Positions 16,836 to 25,212 of a stretch of DNA of 26,750 bases are shown here, one piece after another. The stretch's first letter is position 1. Every line of letters starts with the position of its first letter. A program made the position numbers and the translations under genes. Under the pieces are notes generated by a model. The model searched no databases and was not told the DNA's origin. It worked only from the letters and a program-made list of their open reading frames with translations. The DNA comes from Silvanigrellaceae bacterium (GTDB lineage Bacteria; Bdellovibrionota_B; Oligoflexia; Silvanigrellales; Silvanigrellaceae): the NCBI GenBank assembly GCA_049423385.1, contig JBMSQQ010000048.1, positions 1 through 26,750 of the forward strand, given 5' to 3'.

Positions 16836-18491
16836 ATGTTGCGCCAATCGTCGGGTGGTACTTCACCCCAGAAAATCAAAATCCTGATCACCGGCAAATT
16901 GCATGATGTCGCGCTGGACCTTTTGACACATCCACCCGCAGAACTTGCGCTGAATTTGCCCACAGAAATTGCCTATCACCCGGATTGCACGCGTGAGCAG
17001 CTGCTGTCACAAATTGTCGACGCAGATGTTCTCGTTTCGCGATCAGAGACAGACGTCGACAAGGAAGTTCTGCTGACCGGCAAGCAGTTGTCCGTCGTTG
17101 CGCGTGCCGCAGTCGGATATGGAAACATTGATGTTGAAGCAGCCACAGAGGCTGGAGTTCTTGTCCTCAACACGCCGGGCAAAAACACCAACTCTGCAGC
17201 AGAACTCACCCTGGGCCTGCTGTTGTCTGTCATTCGCAACATCCCAAGGGCACATGCTTCGACTTCGGCCGGAGGGTGGAATCGTCACGAGTTCACCGGA
17301 ACCGAGCTCCTGGAAAAGACGATCGGTATCGTCGGTTTGGGCAATGTTGGCCACCGCGTCGCAAAATTCTGCCGCTCATTCGATATGCGTGTTCTTGCTT
17401 ATGACCCTTACATCTCGGAGGAGGTGTTTCGTCGGCACGGGGCAGAGCGACGGGCGACACTCGAGGAGATGCTCGCTGAATGTGATGTCCTGACAGTCCA
17501 CACGCCCTTGAACAAAGAAACAAAAGGCATGGTGGGTGAGATTGAGCTGCGCAAGATGAAGAAGGGAGCCGTTGTCCTGAACGCCGCACGTGGCGGTATC
17601 ATCAATGAAAAAGCGCTGCTCAAACTGCTCAATGAAGGATACGTGGCGGGTGCGGGTATCGATACCTTCGACAACGAGCCCAAGCCGCTGCCGGAACTTG
17701 TGGGTCATCGCAATGTGGTTGTCACTCCGCACATTGGCGCAAGCACGCACGAAGCCCAGTTCAGGATTGGTCAAACAGTCGCAATTCAAACCCTCAAAGC
17801 ATTGCGTGGCGAAATTGTCGACACTCCAGTGAATCTGCCGCACGTTTCGATTCTTGGCACCGAGGCATCGCGTAAATTTGCGGTTCTTGCCGAAAAGGTG
17901 GGGCGGGTTGCCGCACAGATTTGTGATTTCAATCCTCGTCTCCTGAAGCTCATGGTCAACGCAGACCTCAAGAGCGAGGAATTGCAGTTGTTGAGACTGT
18001 CGGCAGTCAAGGGATTCGTTTCGCCGAGCAGTGACGAGTACGTCAGTTACGTGAACGCCGAACGGCTTCTCTCGCGCCGTGGACTCGAGCTCCAGGTCGA
18101 GTTTGCTGCAACCGATGGTGCCGTTCGCAGAAATGGTCTCGAACTGAGGGTGGAGGGATCTGCCGCCCATGAACAAACTTCGGTTGGTGCTGTGTTGTTT
18201 GGCAATGAACATCCGCGCCTTTGTTCCATCAATGATTTTCTGTTTGAAATCGAGCCTGATGGTGAAATGCTTGTGCTTCAGAATCACGACCGTCCGGGCG
18301 TGATTGGTGACATCGGCTCCTATCTTGCGCGAAATCAAATCAACATTGCCCAGTTCGAATTGTCGCGAAATCGTCGCGGTGGGATGGCAATGTCGCTCAT
18401 CCGAATCGATGGCACGCTCGAGCAGGAATTACTTACCGGGATGAGAAAATTGCCTAACGTGATTGGTGTCAAGATGGTGAGCGGGCTGTAA
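16836..18491 (+). CDS. serA: D-3-phosphoglycerate dehydrogenase (with ASB and ACT domains)
   Basis: VARAAVGYGNID, NTPGKNTNSAAE, GLGNVG, NAARGG, TPHIGASTHEAQ and a C-terminal NHDRPGVIG..INIA ACT domain. GGAG precedes ATG 16836. Confidence 0.95.
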   Translation: MLRQSSGGTSPQKIKILITGKLHDVALDLLTHPPAELALNLPTEIAYHPDCTREQLLSQIVDADVLVSRSETDVDKEVLLTGKQLSVVARAAVGYGNIDVEAATEAGVLVLNTPGKNTNSAAELTLGLLLSVIRNIPRAHASTSAGGWNRHEFTGTELLEKTIGIVGLGNVGHRVAKFCRSFDMRVLAYDPYISEEVFRRHGAERRATLEEMLAECDVLTVHTPLNKETKGMVGEIELRKMKKGAVVLNAARGGIINEKALLKLLNEGYVAGAGIDTFDNEPKPLPELVGHRNVVVTPHIGASTHEAQFRIGQTVAIQTLKALRGEIVDTPVNLPHVSILGTEASRKFAVLAEKVGRVAAQICDFNPRLLKLMVNADLKSEELQLLRLSAVKGFVSPSSDEYVSYVNAERLLSRRGLELQVEFAATDGAVRRNGLELRVEGSAAHEQTSVGAVLFGNEHPRLCSINDFLFEIEPDGEMLVLQNHDRPGVIGDIGSYLARNQINIAQFELSRNRRGGMAMSLIRIDGTLEQELLTGMRKLPNVIGVKMVSGL

Positions 18492-18522
18492 CCTTCCGTC
18501 GTTCCATTTTTGATTCCAAGAC

Positions 18523-18531
18523 TGCTATGAT
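18523..18531 (+). promoter_or_regulatory. Putative extended -10 promoter (TGcTATGAT) upstream of the FHA-GGDEF gene
   Basis: TGn followed by TATGAT in the 72-nt gap after serA, about 32 nt before ATG 18564. Confidence 0.5.
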
Positions 18532-18563
18532 CCGTCAAGGTAACTTATTGGAGCCTGTTTCTG

Positions 18564-19481
18564 ATGTCCGACGAACGCCAAAATGAAGACAAAACCGTAG
18601 TCGCCTCGTCGACGCAAACACTTACGGGTGGACAAAACAGAAACAACTCCCCTGTTTTGCTTCAATACGATGGCGGTGCAGCCGGAAAACGGTTTGTTTT
18701 ACAAACCGCGGGCGTCGTTCTCGGACGCAGGGCCGACAAGGTTCAGGTTTGGATCGATGATTCGAGCGTCTCACGTGAGCACTGCCGGATTGACTTTCAG
18801 GGACCCAAGGCCATCGTCACGGATCTTGGAAGTTTGAACCACACGTTCATAAATGACATCAGGGTGATGCAGAGTGCCGAACTGGCACATGGTGACATGC
18901 TTCGCGTTGGCAATGTGCGTTTGCGTTACTTTACCCACGGTACTGCAGAGCAGCTTTTGTTCGACCGAATCTATCGGATGGCCGTGCAGGACAGGATGTT
19001 GGACGTTTTCAGGCGCGAATACGCCATGGAGCGCATGGAAGAAGAGTTCCGGCTGGTCAAGGCAGGTCTGGCAGAATTGTCTTTTATCATGATCGATTTG
19101 GATAAATTCAAAAATGTGAATGACACTTATGGTCACGATGCCGGTGACATTGTTCTCAAGGAAGTGTGTTCCGCCATAAAACCCCTTGTTGGAACGGCAG
19201 ACACCTTTGCACGCTTTGGTGGCGAGGAATTTTGTGTTCTGACAGCCTCCCCGTTGCAGGATGCCATTGCACTTGCCGAGAGGATCAGGCGCTCTGTTGA
19301 ACAAACTGCGATTGAATACGATGGCAAAACGATTCCCGTGACCGTCAGCCTCGGAATTGCGAATGCACGCGAGAACAATGGAAATGAACCTTTGGCCACG
19401 GTGCAAGACTTGATTCGCCTTGCCGACTCGCGTCTGTACCAATCAAAGCAGGGGGGGCGAAATCGTGTCACTGCACCCTGA
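18564..19481 (+). CDS. FHA-domain diguanylate cyclase (FHA-GGDEF, DgcB-like)
   Basis: N-terminal acidic tail with EDKT, FHA motifs (LGR, SVSREH, DLGSLNHT), DLDKFKNVNDTYGHDAGD, RFGGEEF and LYQSKQGGRN. Confidence 0.93.
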   Translation: MSDERQNEDKTVVASSTQTLTGGQNRNNSPVLLQYDGGAAGKRFVLQTAGVVLGRRADKVQVWIDDSSVSREHCRIDFQGPKAIVTDLGSLNHTFINDIRVMQSAELAHGDMLRVGNVRLRYFTHGTAEQLLFDRIYRMAVQDRMLDVFRREYAMERMEEEFRLVKAGLAELSFIMIDLDKFKNVNDTYGHDAGDIVLKEVCSAIKPLVGTADTFARFGGEEFCVLTASPLQDAIALAERIRRSVEQTAIEYDGKTIPVTVSLGIANARENNGNEPLATVQDLIRLADSRLYQSKQGGRNRVTAP

Positions 19482-20118
19482 AAAGATTTGCAGAGAGAGT
19501 GCTTTTGGAATTGGTTTGTCTCGAAAATTCTTTTTTTTCTCAATGATGTTTTCGCTTCTTGGAACGGCCTGTGTTTCAAAAACGGAATCGTTTGTTCCTC
19601 CGGGCCCAGCCGAAGACGAACAGTATTCTCCTGTGCTGAATCGGTGGAGTCGGGATATTCAAGTTTTCTCAAAATTCCAGAACAAAGTTCAAGTTACCGC
19701 TGTTTTATTGGCAGATGAAATGCGCCGCGCGGTTGCCGAGCGTTTGTCGCGACTGCGTGGAAACACGGATGGCCTTGCGGTTCTTTCGGACTCGTCGGGC
19801 GGCGCCCGGCTCGGCATGCTCGTGAGTGTTTTTACGCCGGAGAATTCCTATCTCAATCTCGATGACAAATCCCTTTGGTCCTTGAGTTTGAGGATTGGTC
19901 CGAACCAACAGGGCCCGATGTACGTTCGAAAGGTGAGCGACAAGACCCTTTTGCAACCTTTTTTTGCTCACATCCATCAGTGGTCACAGGATTATCTTTT
20001 GGTTTTTGACTTTCCGGAAACATCTTTGCAACCTGAGAATGACAAACAAAAGCAGCCCACGACGGCTGAATTTGTTGCCCAGTCTGCCATTGCCCGGGTT
20101 GCACTTCGTTGGCCATGA
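19465..20118 (+). CDS. Hypothetical lipoprotein
   Basis: Hydrophobic stretch FFFFSMMFSLLGTA-C ending in a lipobox. A candidate GTG start overlaps the cyclase stop. The start is uncertain (19420 to about 19545). Confidence 0.7.
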   Translation: MSLHPEKICRESAFGIGLSRKFFFFSMMFSLLGTACVSKTESFVPPGPAEDEQYSPVLNRWSRDIQVFSKFQNKVQVTAVLLADEMRRAVAERLSRLRGNTDGLAVLSDSSGGARLGMLVSVFTPENSYLNLDDKSLWSLSLRIGPNQQGPMYVRKVSDKTLLQPFFAHIHQWSQDYLLVFDFPETSLQPENDKQKQPTTAEFVAQSAIARVALRWP

Positions 20119-20221
20119 GTTTTTGACGCATCAATTCCCCTGAGTCTTCACCGATACACCAGATGAGCTGATCCGCTTTCCAACCGATCGCGGGCGAGTT
20201 CATTGATGGTGAAGGGTGACC

Positions 20222-22123
20222 ATGGCGACAAGCCAACCAAAATACATTCTAACCGAGCGCATTGCTCAAGGTGGCATGGCAGAGATCCACCTTGGCAAAA
20301 GTGTAGGTTTGGATGGTTTTGCAAGGGTATGTGCATTCAAGCGGATTCTGCCGCATTTTGCGCAGGACAATGAATTTGTCGAAATGTTCCGCAACGAAGC
20401 CCAGGTTGCCAAGCAATTGCAAAACAAAAACATCGTCCAGGTGTTTGATTTCGTTTCCGACGGCAGCAGCTACATGCTCGTCATGGAGTTTGTGGATGGC
20501 CAGGACTTGCGCGCACTTCTTGCCGGTGCCGAGCAGAAACGCAAACGCATTCCAATCGAGATGGCTTGTTACATTGCGATGGAGACTTTGTCTGGCCTTT
20601 CATACGCGCATTCCGCTGTGGATGTGAGTGGAAAGTCGATGGGCATCATTCATCGCGACGTGTCGCCGCAAAATGTCCTCCTGAGTTACGAGGGGGATGT
20701 GAAAATCACCGACTTCGGCATCGCGAAAGCCGAGAATCAAGCATCCAATACCCGCGTCGGAGTCCTGAAAGGCAAGTTTCGGTACATGAGTCCCGAACAA
20801 GCCAGCGGTTACAATATTGATGCACGTTCGGACCTTTTCGCAGTGGGCATCATCTTGTTTGAAATGCTCACCATGACACGCCTGTTCAAGGGCGAGGATC
20901 TTGCGGTTCTTGAAGCTGTGCGTGCATGCCAGATCCGACCCCCGAGCCAGGTGAACAACAGTGGTGTTCCGCCTGAGCTGGATGCGATTGTCATGCGACT
21001 GTTGTCTCGCGATCCTCTGCAAAGATATCAGACAGGACGGGAAGCCGTCCGAGACTTGAGTCGCTTCCTGTACAAATATCGTCCTGATTTTTTCGTGGGC
21101 GAACTTGCCGACTTCATGCAGGATGTCTTCTCGGAAAAACTTGAAGCTGCGCGTGAGCGCTTGCGGTCGACCTTGGCGCTGCCCACGGGTTCCTTCGACA
21201 CCTCGCTGAGAAGCCAGGGAAGTTTTGGCCAACGTCCGGCCATGAGCGAGTCGGCGCAAGTCGTCGATTTGAGCAACAACATGACCAATGCCCGGGATCA
21301 GCTGAAAAACGCTGGTGGGTCGATAAGAAGTGGTTCCGCTTTCGCACTCGGGCAATCTGCGCGCAAAAATGAACTCGTGCTCGATGAAAATACCGCTTCG
21401 CTTGAAATCAGCCAGCTCAACAAAACTCAAACACGCCAGGGCAACAGCTCCATCAAAATCAATCGCAATCGAACAGCAGCGACGATGAGCAAAATTGAGA
21501 TGCCTCCGTCGATTTATTTCGAGCCCAACTCTCGTCAGGCGAGCAAGTCGGGAAGTCTATTGATGCCGTTCGTGGCGCTGCTGGTTGCTGTTGCCGCATT
21601 GTTTGTTGCTTTGCTTTACCTCCGCAATCGAAACGTTGGAACGCAGTTTGTTCTGTCGGTCACGGGCAGTCCGGCGGACGTCAAGGTCGCGGTTGAAATC
21701 GATGGGCAACCGTTCAACAAGGGCAAGCCATTGAGCCTTCCCTTGCAGATTCCCGTGGGTCCGGGACTCAGGGTGCTTGAGCTGAAGCGGCCAGGTCTCA
21801 TGACAAAGAGGCTTGAATTCAAGGTGGGCAGTCCAACGTCAAAACTCAGCGAACATGTCGTGTTCGAGCGGGATCCAGCTGTTCCAACAGCGCAGTTGAA
21901 GATCATTACCGATCCTCCAGGTGCGCAAATCACTCATACCGGCGGCTGGGATTCGGGGACTTCACCTTTTATCTTCAGGCTCGTGCCAGTGGGAAGTCCT
22001 CAAAGATTCAGGGTTGTACATCCCAATTGTCGGCCAGGGACTTTCGAAGAGGTCATGTCTTCAGCCGATGCCAATCGCACGCGGATTCGAAAATTGGAGT
22101 TGCGTGACTGCAAGAGTGAATGA
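20222..22123 (+). CDS. Membrane Hanks-type Ser/Thr protein kinase with C-terminal PEGA-like domains
   Basis: IAQGGMAEI, AFKRILP, FRNEAQV, HRDVSPQN, DFGIAK, KGKFRYMSPEQ, DARSDLFAVG. One TM helix (LLMPFVALLVAVAALFVALLYL). Periplasmic LKIITDPPGAQI..GTSP. Confidence 0.95.
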   Translation: MATSQPKYILTERIAQGGMAEIHLGKSVGLDGFARVCAFKRILPHFAQDNEFVEMFRNEAQVAKQLQNKNIVQVFDFVSDGSSYMLVMEFVDGQDLRALLAGAEQKRKRIPIEMACYIAMETLSGLSYAHSAVDVSGKSMGIIHRDVSPQNVLLSYEGDVKITDFGIAKAENQASNTRVGVLKGKFRYMSPEQASGYNIDARSDLFAVGIILFEMLTMTRLFKGEDLAVLEAVRACQIRPPSQVNNSGVPPELDAIVMRLLSRDPLQRYQTGREAVRDLSRFLYKYRPDFFVGELADFMQDVFSEKLEAARERLRSTLALPTGSFDTSLRSQGSFGQRPAMSESAQVVDLSNNMTNARDQLKNAGGSIRSGSAFALGQSARKNELVLDENTASLEISQLNKTQTRQGNSSIKINRNRTAATMSKIEMPPSIYFEPNSRQASKSGSLLMPFVALLVAVAALFVALLYLRNRNVGTQFVLSVTGSPADVKVAVEIDGQPFNKGKPLSLPLQIPVGPGLRVLELKRPGLMTKRLEFKVGSPTSKLSEHVVFERDPAVPTAQLKIITDPPGAQITHTGGWDSGTSPFIFRLVPVGSPQRFRVVHPNCRPGTFEEVMSSADANRTRIRKLELRDCKSE

Positions 22124-22165
22124 AAGTCTGTTCTTCGCCGAGGTTGGCTGGACACTCCTTTGGGG

Positions 22166-22777
22166 ATGAACTATTTCCTTCGTGCGAATCAGAGCAAATC
22201 AGAATCCCAGGTCAGGAGAGTTGTTGAGTTCATGTTCATTCCGTGTCCGACTTTCCAGACTCTCGGGAGTGCACAAGGTGCCAACCCCAACGCCGCCACA
22301 GCACCCAGCGAACATGAACTTTTGCGGATTGCCGACGAATTTCGTGCCTGGGTGACAGGTGATCTCCAGTCACTTCCGGCCGATGAACTGGATTCGTTTC
22401 GTGGCGATTATCTGTTTGTCATAGACGGGGCGCCGCTGTTTCTGGTGATTGTTGCGTCCAACGCGGTTTCCAGCGCCTCATGGAAAATATCGTCCATAAA
22501 GCCCGGAGCAGAGCCTCTCCAGTGTGACATGGGTGCGCCAGCCTTGTTGTCGGGAGAAGCCATTGCAAGCATTCTGGATGGCCAATGCAGGGTGAGTGTC
22601 CACACCGACAGCAGCACCTTGCGGAGATTGCTGCAAGGTACCTTGCGGGCGAAGGTGGCTTATTTGAGTGGAATGGTGAAGATCAATGGAGATCTTCCAT
22701 GTTTCATGAGGCTTGTTGGCATGCTGAAAAGGCGGGGAGTGCGCCCGGTTCAACAATCAGAAACCTCGGGCACCTGA
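22166..22777 (+). CDS. SCP2 sterol/lipid-binding domain protein
   Basis: C-terminal CRVSVHTDSSTLRRLLQGTLRAKVAYLSGMVKINGDL matches the SCP2 pattern. Start uncertain. Confidence 0.7.
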   Translation: MNYFLRANQSKSESQVRRVVEFMFIPCPTFQTLGSAQGANPNAATAPSEHELLRIADEFRAWVTGDLQSLPADELDSFRGDYLFVIDGAPLFLVIVASNAVSSASWKISSIKPGAEPLQCDMGAPALLSGEAIASILDGQCRVSVHTDSSTLRRLLQGTLRAKVAYLSGMVKINGDLPCFMRLVGMLKRRGVRPVQQSETSGT

Positions 22778-22782
22778 TTCGT

Positions 22783-23262
22783 TCAACTGTTTTGAGTCAC
22801 CGCGACAGACGGCGACTGTGCTCGTCGGAGCAGGATTTCACGCTCATCATCATTCACACTGATTCGCTTTCTCGGAAGCTTCAGGTCAACCGCGCTTTCA
22901 TTGGTTGGCGCGAGAAAAGGCAAGGAGTCTCCCCTGTCTTTGCGCTCGAGGTATGAAAAGTCATAAACTTCGGAAGCTGCCTTGGTTGTAGGTACCGAGG
23001 CAGGTTCACGTTCCCAACGTTGTGGTTTCAGGGATGAATTACGCGCAGGAGTGGCGTTGGGTTGTTCCGTCTCGCGATGACCTGCACCCACGTTCCCAAC
23101 TTGTGCACGAAGGTTGAGGGTCATTTCAAAGAGATCCACAACCCGCGTGCAGATGGCTTCCACATCCGCCTCTGTAAGACTGATGCCAAACCTGTTGGCA
23201 CTGCCATGGTCCGCAATGATATCCCGAATCGCCTGGGTGGTTGCAGTTCTGAAGATATTCAT
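22783..23262 (-). CDS. Hypothetical protein (159 aa; helical N-terminus, disordered C-terminus)
   Basis: GGGGAG RBS before ATG 23262 (MNIFRTATTQ). The longer track start at 23523 overlaps hisIE and is unlikely. Confidence 0.65.
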   Translation of the reverse strand: MNIFRTATTQAIRDIIADHGSANRFGISLTEADVEAICTRVVDLFEMTLNLRAQVGNVGAGHRETEQPNATPARNSSLKPQRWEREPASVPTTKAASEVYDFSYLERKDRGDSLPFLAPTNESAVDLKLPRKRISVNDDEREILLRRAQSPSVAVTQNS

Positions 23263-23397
23263 GGAAAAACTCCCCAAGGTTCCGTTTGCCTGCACTTTGA
23301 GACAAATTCCAAAGCCACTGTTGCGATTGAATTGTTTCACGGGTTGTGATTCGGAGCATGGTCTTTGGCGCGCTTTTGTCATGGGAAAGAATCGCAC

Positions 23398-24129
23398 ATG
23401 AATCAACACAACCAGGATGCACGCAACAAAGTTTCGATTGATGGAGCAATGGCGTCGCCCGATTGGAGCAAGGCAGTCCAGTTCGCATCCGACCAACCAC
23501 CGCTTTTGCCCCTGATTTGTCAAGACAACTCCACCGGTCAGGTGTTGATGCAGGGGTATGTTTCAGAACAGGCGTTTTCCGAGAGCATGCGCACTGGCGA
23601 GGTGGTTTTTTGGTCCAGAAGCAGAAACAAGCTTTGGAAAAAAGGAGAAACTTCCGGAAATGTCATGCGCATCCGGAAGATGTTCGTCGATTGCGACGGC
23701 GACGCACTTCTGGCACTGGTTCAGCCGCAGGGGCCAGTTTGTCATCGAGCTTCGAAAACCTGCTTCGACGCCGAAGTTTCAAATGGTTTCTCCGAAATCG
23801 ATGTGGGATGGTCGGTTTTGGCAAGGCTTTATGAAACCATCTGCCAGCGTGCAGAAGGAACCGAGCCCGAGAGCTACACCTACAAAATCCTGAGTGCTGG
23901 TGCTGACCGTGTTCTGAGGAAATTGGGCGAGGAATGCACTGAAACAATCATCGCGGCAAAGAATGCCACCATAACCGGAAATTCGGATGAGTTTTGTTCC
24001 GAATCAGCGGACTTGCTGTTCCATTGGCTACTGGCATTGAGGGCATTGGGCAAGCAGCCCCAGGATGTGCTCGACGTGCTCAAATCACGAGAGGGCGGGC
24101 CACGCCGTGGAGTCGTCGATAAGGTCTAG
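23398..24129 (+). CDS. hisIE: Bifunctional phosphoribosyl-AMP cyclohydrolase / phosphoribosyl-ATP pyrophosphatase
   Basis: QDNSTGQVLM, FWSRSRNKLWKKGETSGN, DCDGDAL..GPVCH..TCF, SYT, KLGEECTETIIAAK and ESADLLFH. Confidence 0.95.
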   Translation: MNQHNQDARNKVSIDGAMASPDWSKAVQFASDQPPLLPLICQDNSTGQVLMQGYVSEQAFSESMRTGEVVFWSRSRNKLWKKGETSGNVMRIRKMFVDCDGDALLALVQPQGPVCHRASKTCFDAEVSNGFSEIDVGWSVLARLYETICQRAEGTEPESYTYKILSAGADRVLRKLGEECTETIIAAKNATITGNSDEFCSESADLLFHWLLALRALGKQPQDVLDVLKSREGGPRRGVVDKV

Positions 24130-24561
24130 CGCGGGAGCGACGTCCATCCAGACAAGATTCCCGTAAAATGTGCCTCCGGCGGTGTCGGTGTAATGCAACG
24201 ATACATGCATGTCACCTGCTTTGGTCTCGCTGATTTTTGCTGGTCTTCCGCGATGAATCAGCGGATCTCCAACTTCCCATTCAGGGATGGCGAGACAATC
24301 TTGATATTCCCTGTTGGAAACGCTTTTGGGGACGCCGGAAGGATGCGCCCAAGGATCAACCGAGTCGTCTTCATCCCAAATGGCGCCAAATGGCGCCAGT
24401 CCGATTTCATGTTCGTGAAGACCCACGACAATTGCCAATTTGTAGGTAAAAAGTTTATTGATGTTCACCGTTTGAGTGCCCTTGGAACTTTCAAGCCGAG
24501 CACGGTAAACAACCACGCAACCACTTCTCAAGTCGATTTTTTTGGTGCCTTTGAGCTTCAT
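24085..24561 (-). CDS. Hypothetical protein (158 aa)
   Basis: AGGA before ATG 24561 (MKLKGTKK). Fills the gap between hisIE and the cNMP gene. Overlaps the hisIE 3' end convergently by 45 nt. Confidence 0.55.
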   Translation of the reverse strand: MKLKGTKKIDLRSGCVVVYRARLESSKGTQTVNINKLFTYKLAIVVGLHEHEIGLAPFGAIWDEDDSVDPWAHPSGVPKSVSNREYQDCLAIPEWEVGDPLIHRGRPAKISETKAGDMHVSLHYTDTAGGTFYGNLVWMDVAPALDLIDDSTAWPALS

Positions 24562-24627
24562 CTGCCAATTTCCTGAATCAAGTGCTGCAAAATTTTTCCG
24601 ACAACTCCATTTAGGGAGAAGCTTGGC

Positions 24628-25212
24628 ATGTCTTCGGCAGAAACCACATTTTCTCAAGACTATTTGAACCCCTGGCATGGGGCTCTTCTGCTGCAGAAAC
24701 TTCCGATTTTTTCTGAATTCTCACAACGCGAACTCGAGCGAATCTATGCTCTCGGGGAAATTCGGGTGTATCGGTCTGATACAAACATACTGATCGAGGG
24801 CGAATCCAGCGTCGGAATGTATCTCGTTCTTGAGGGGCAGGTGGGAGTCTATAAATCGGGCAAGACAGGGCAGGATGAAGGCCATCTGTTGACCCATCTG
24901 GGTCCAGCCAGCTGTTTTGGTGAAATGAGTTTTATCGACAACAAACCACGCAGCGCGACGGTGACAACCCAGACCCGCGTGGTGGTGTATTACCTGGATG
25001 GTCCCGCACTTCAGGGCGAGCTGGCCGACAACGCGCCTCTGGCCCATCGGTTCTATGCCAATTTCGCCCGAGTTCTCAGCACCCGCCTGAGGGAGCTTGA
25101 TGAACAGTACATCTTGAGTCAAAAACAGCTCTGGAAGCACGCATTGTCGCGCCGAGGAGATGATTCCGAATGCCAGAACTCCCAGAAGTCGAGTCCTTCG
25201 CCCACGCGTTGA
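24628..25212 (+). CDS. Stand-alone cyclic-nucleotide-binding domain protein
   Basis: LPIFSEF, ILIEGE..MYLVLEGQV, FGEMSFIDNKPRSATV phosphate-binding cassette and LSTRLR C-helix. No HTH is evident. Confidence 0.88.
   Translation: MSSAETTFSQDYLNPWHGALLLQKLPIFSEFSQRELERIYALGEIRVYRSDTNILIEGESSVGMYLVLEGQVGVYKSGKTGQDEGHLLTHLGPASCFGEMSFIDNKPRSATVTTQTRVVVYYLDGPALQGELADNAPLAHRFYANFARVLSTRLRELDEQYILSQKQLWKHALSRRGDDSECQNSQKSSPSPTR

Noticed and set aside
4263..19538. Homopolymers A8 (4263-4270), G7 (19451-19457) and T8 (19531-19538) as phase-variation tracts
   Set aside because: They are short, the reading frames are intact, and they are explained by Lys, Gly and Phe codons.
17376..21430. Long minus-strand ORFs 17376-18338, 18771-19442 and 20600-21430
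   Set aside because: Antisense shadows of serA, the cyclase and the kinase.
23263..23523. N-terminal extension of the 22783-23523 ORF
   Set aside because: It overlaps hisIE head-to-head, and a strong RBS precedes the internal ATG at 23262.
24377..24398. Tandem 10-mer caaatggcgc x2
   Set aside because: Only two copies, inside a CDS, with no spacers; not a CRISPR array and plausibly chance.
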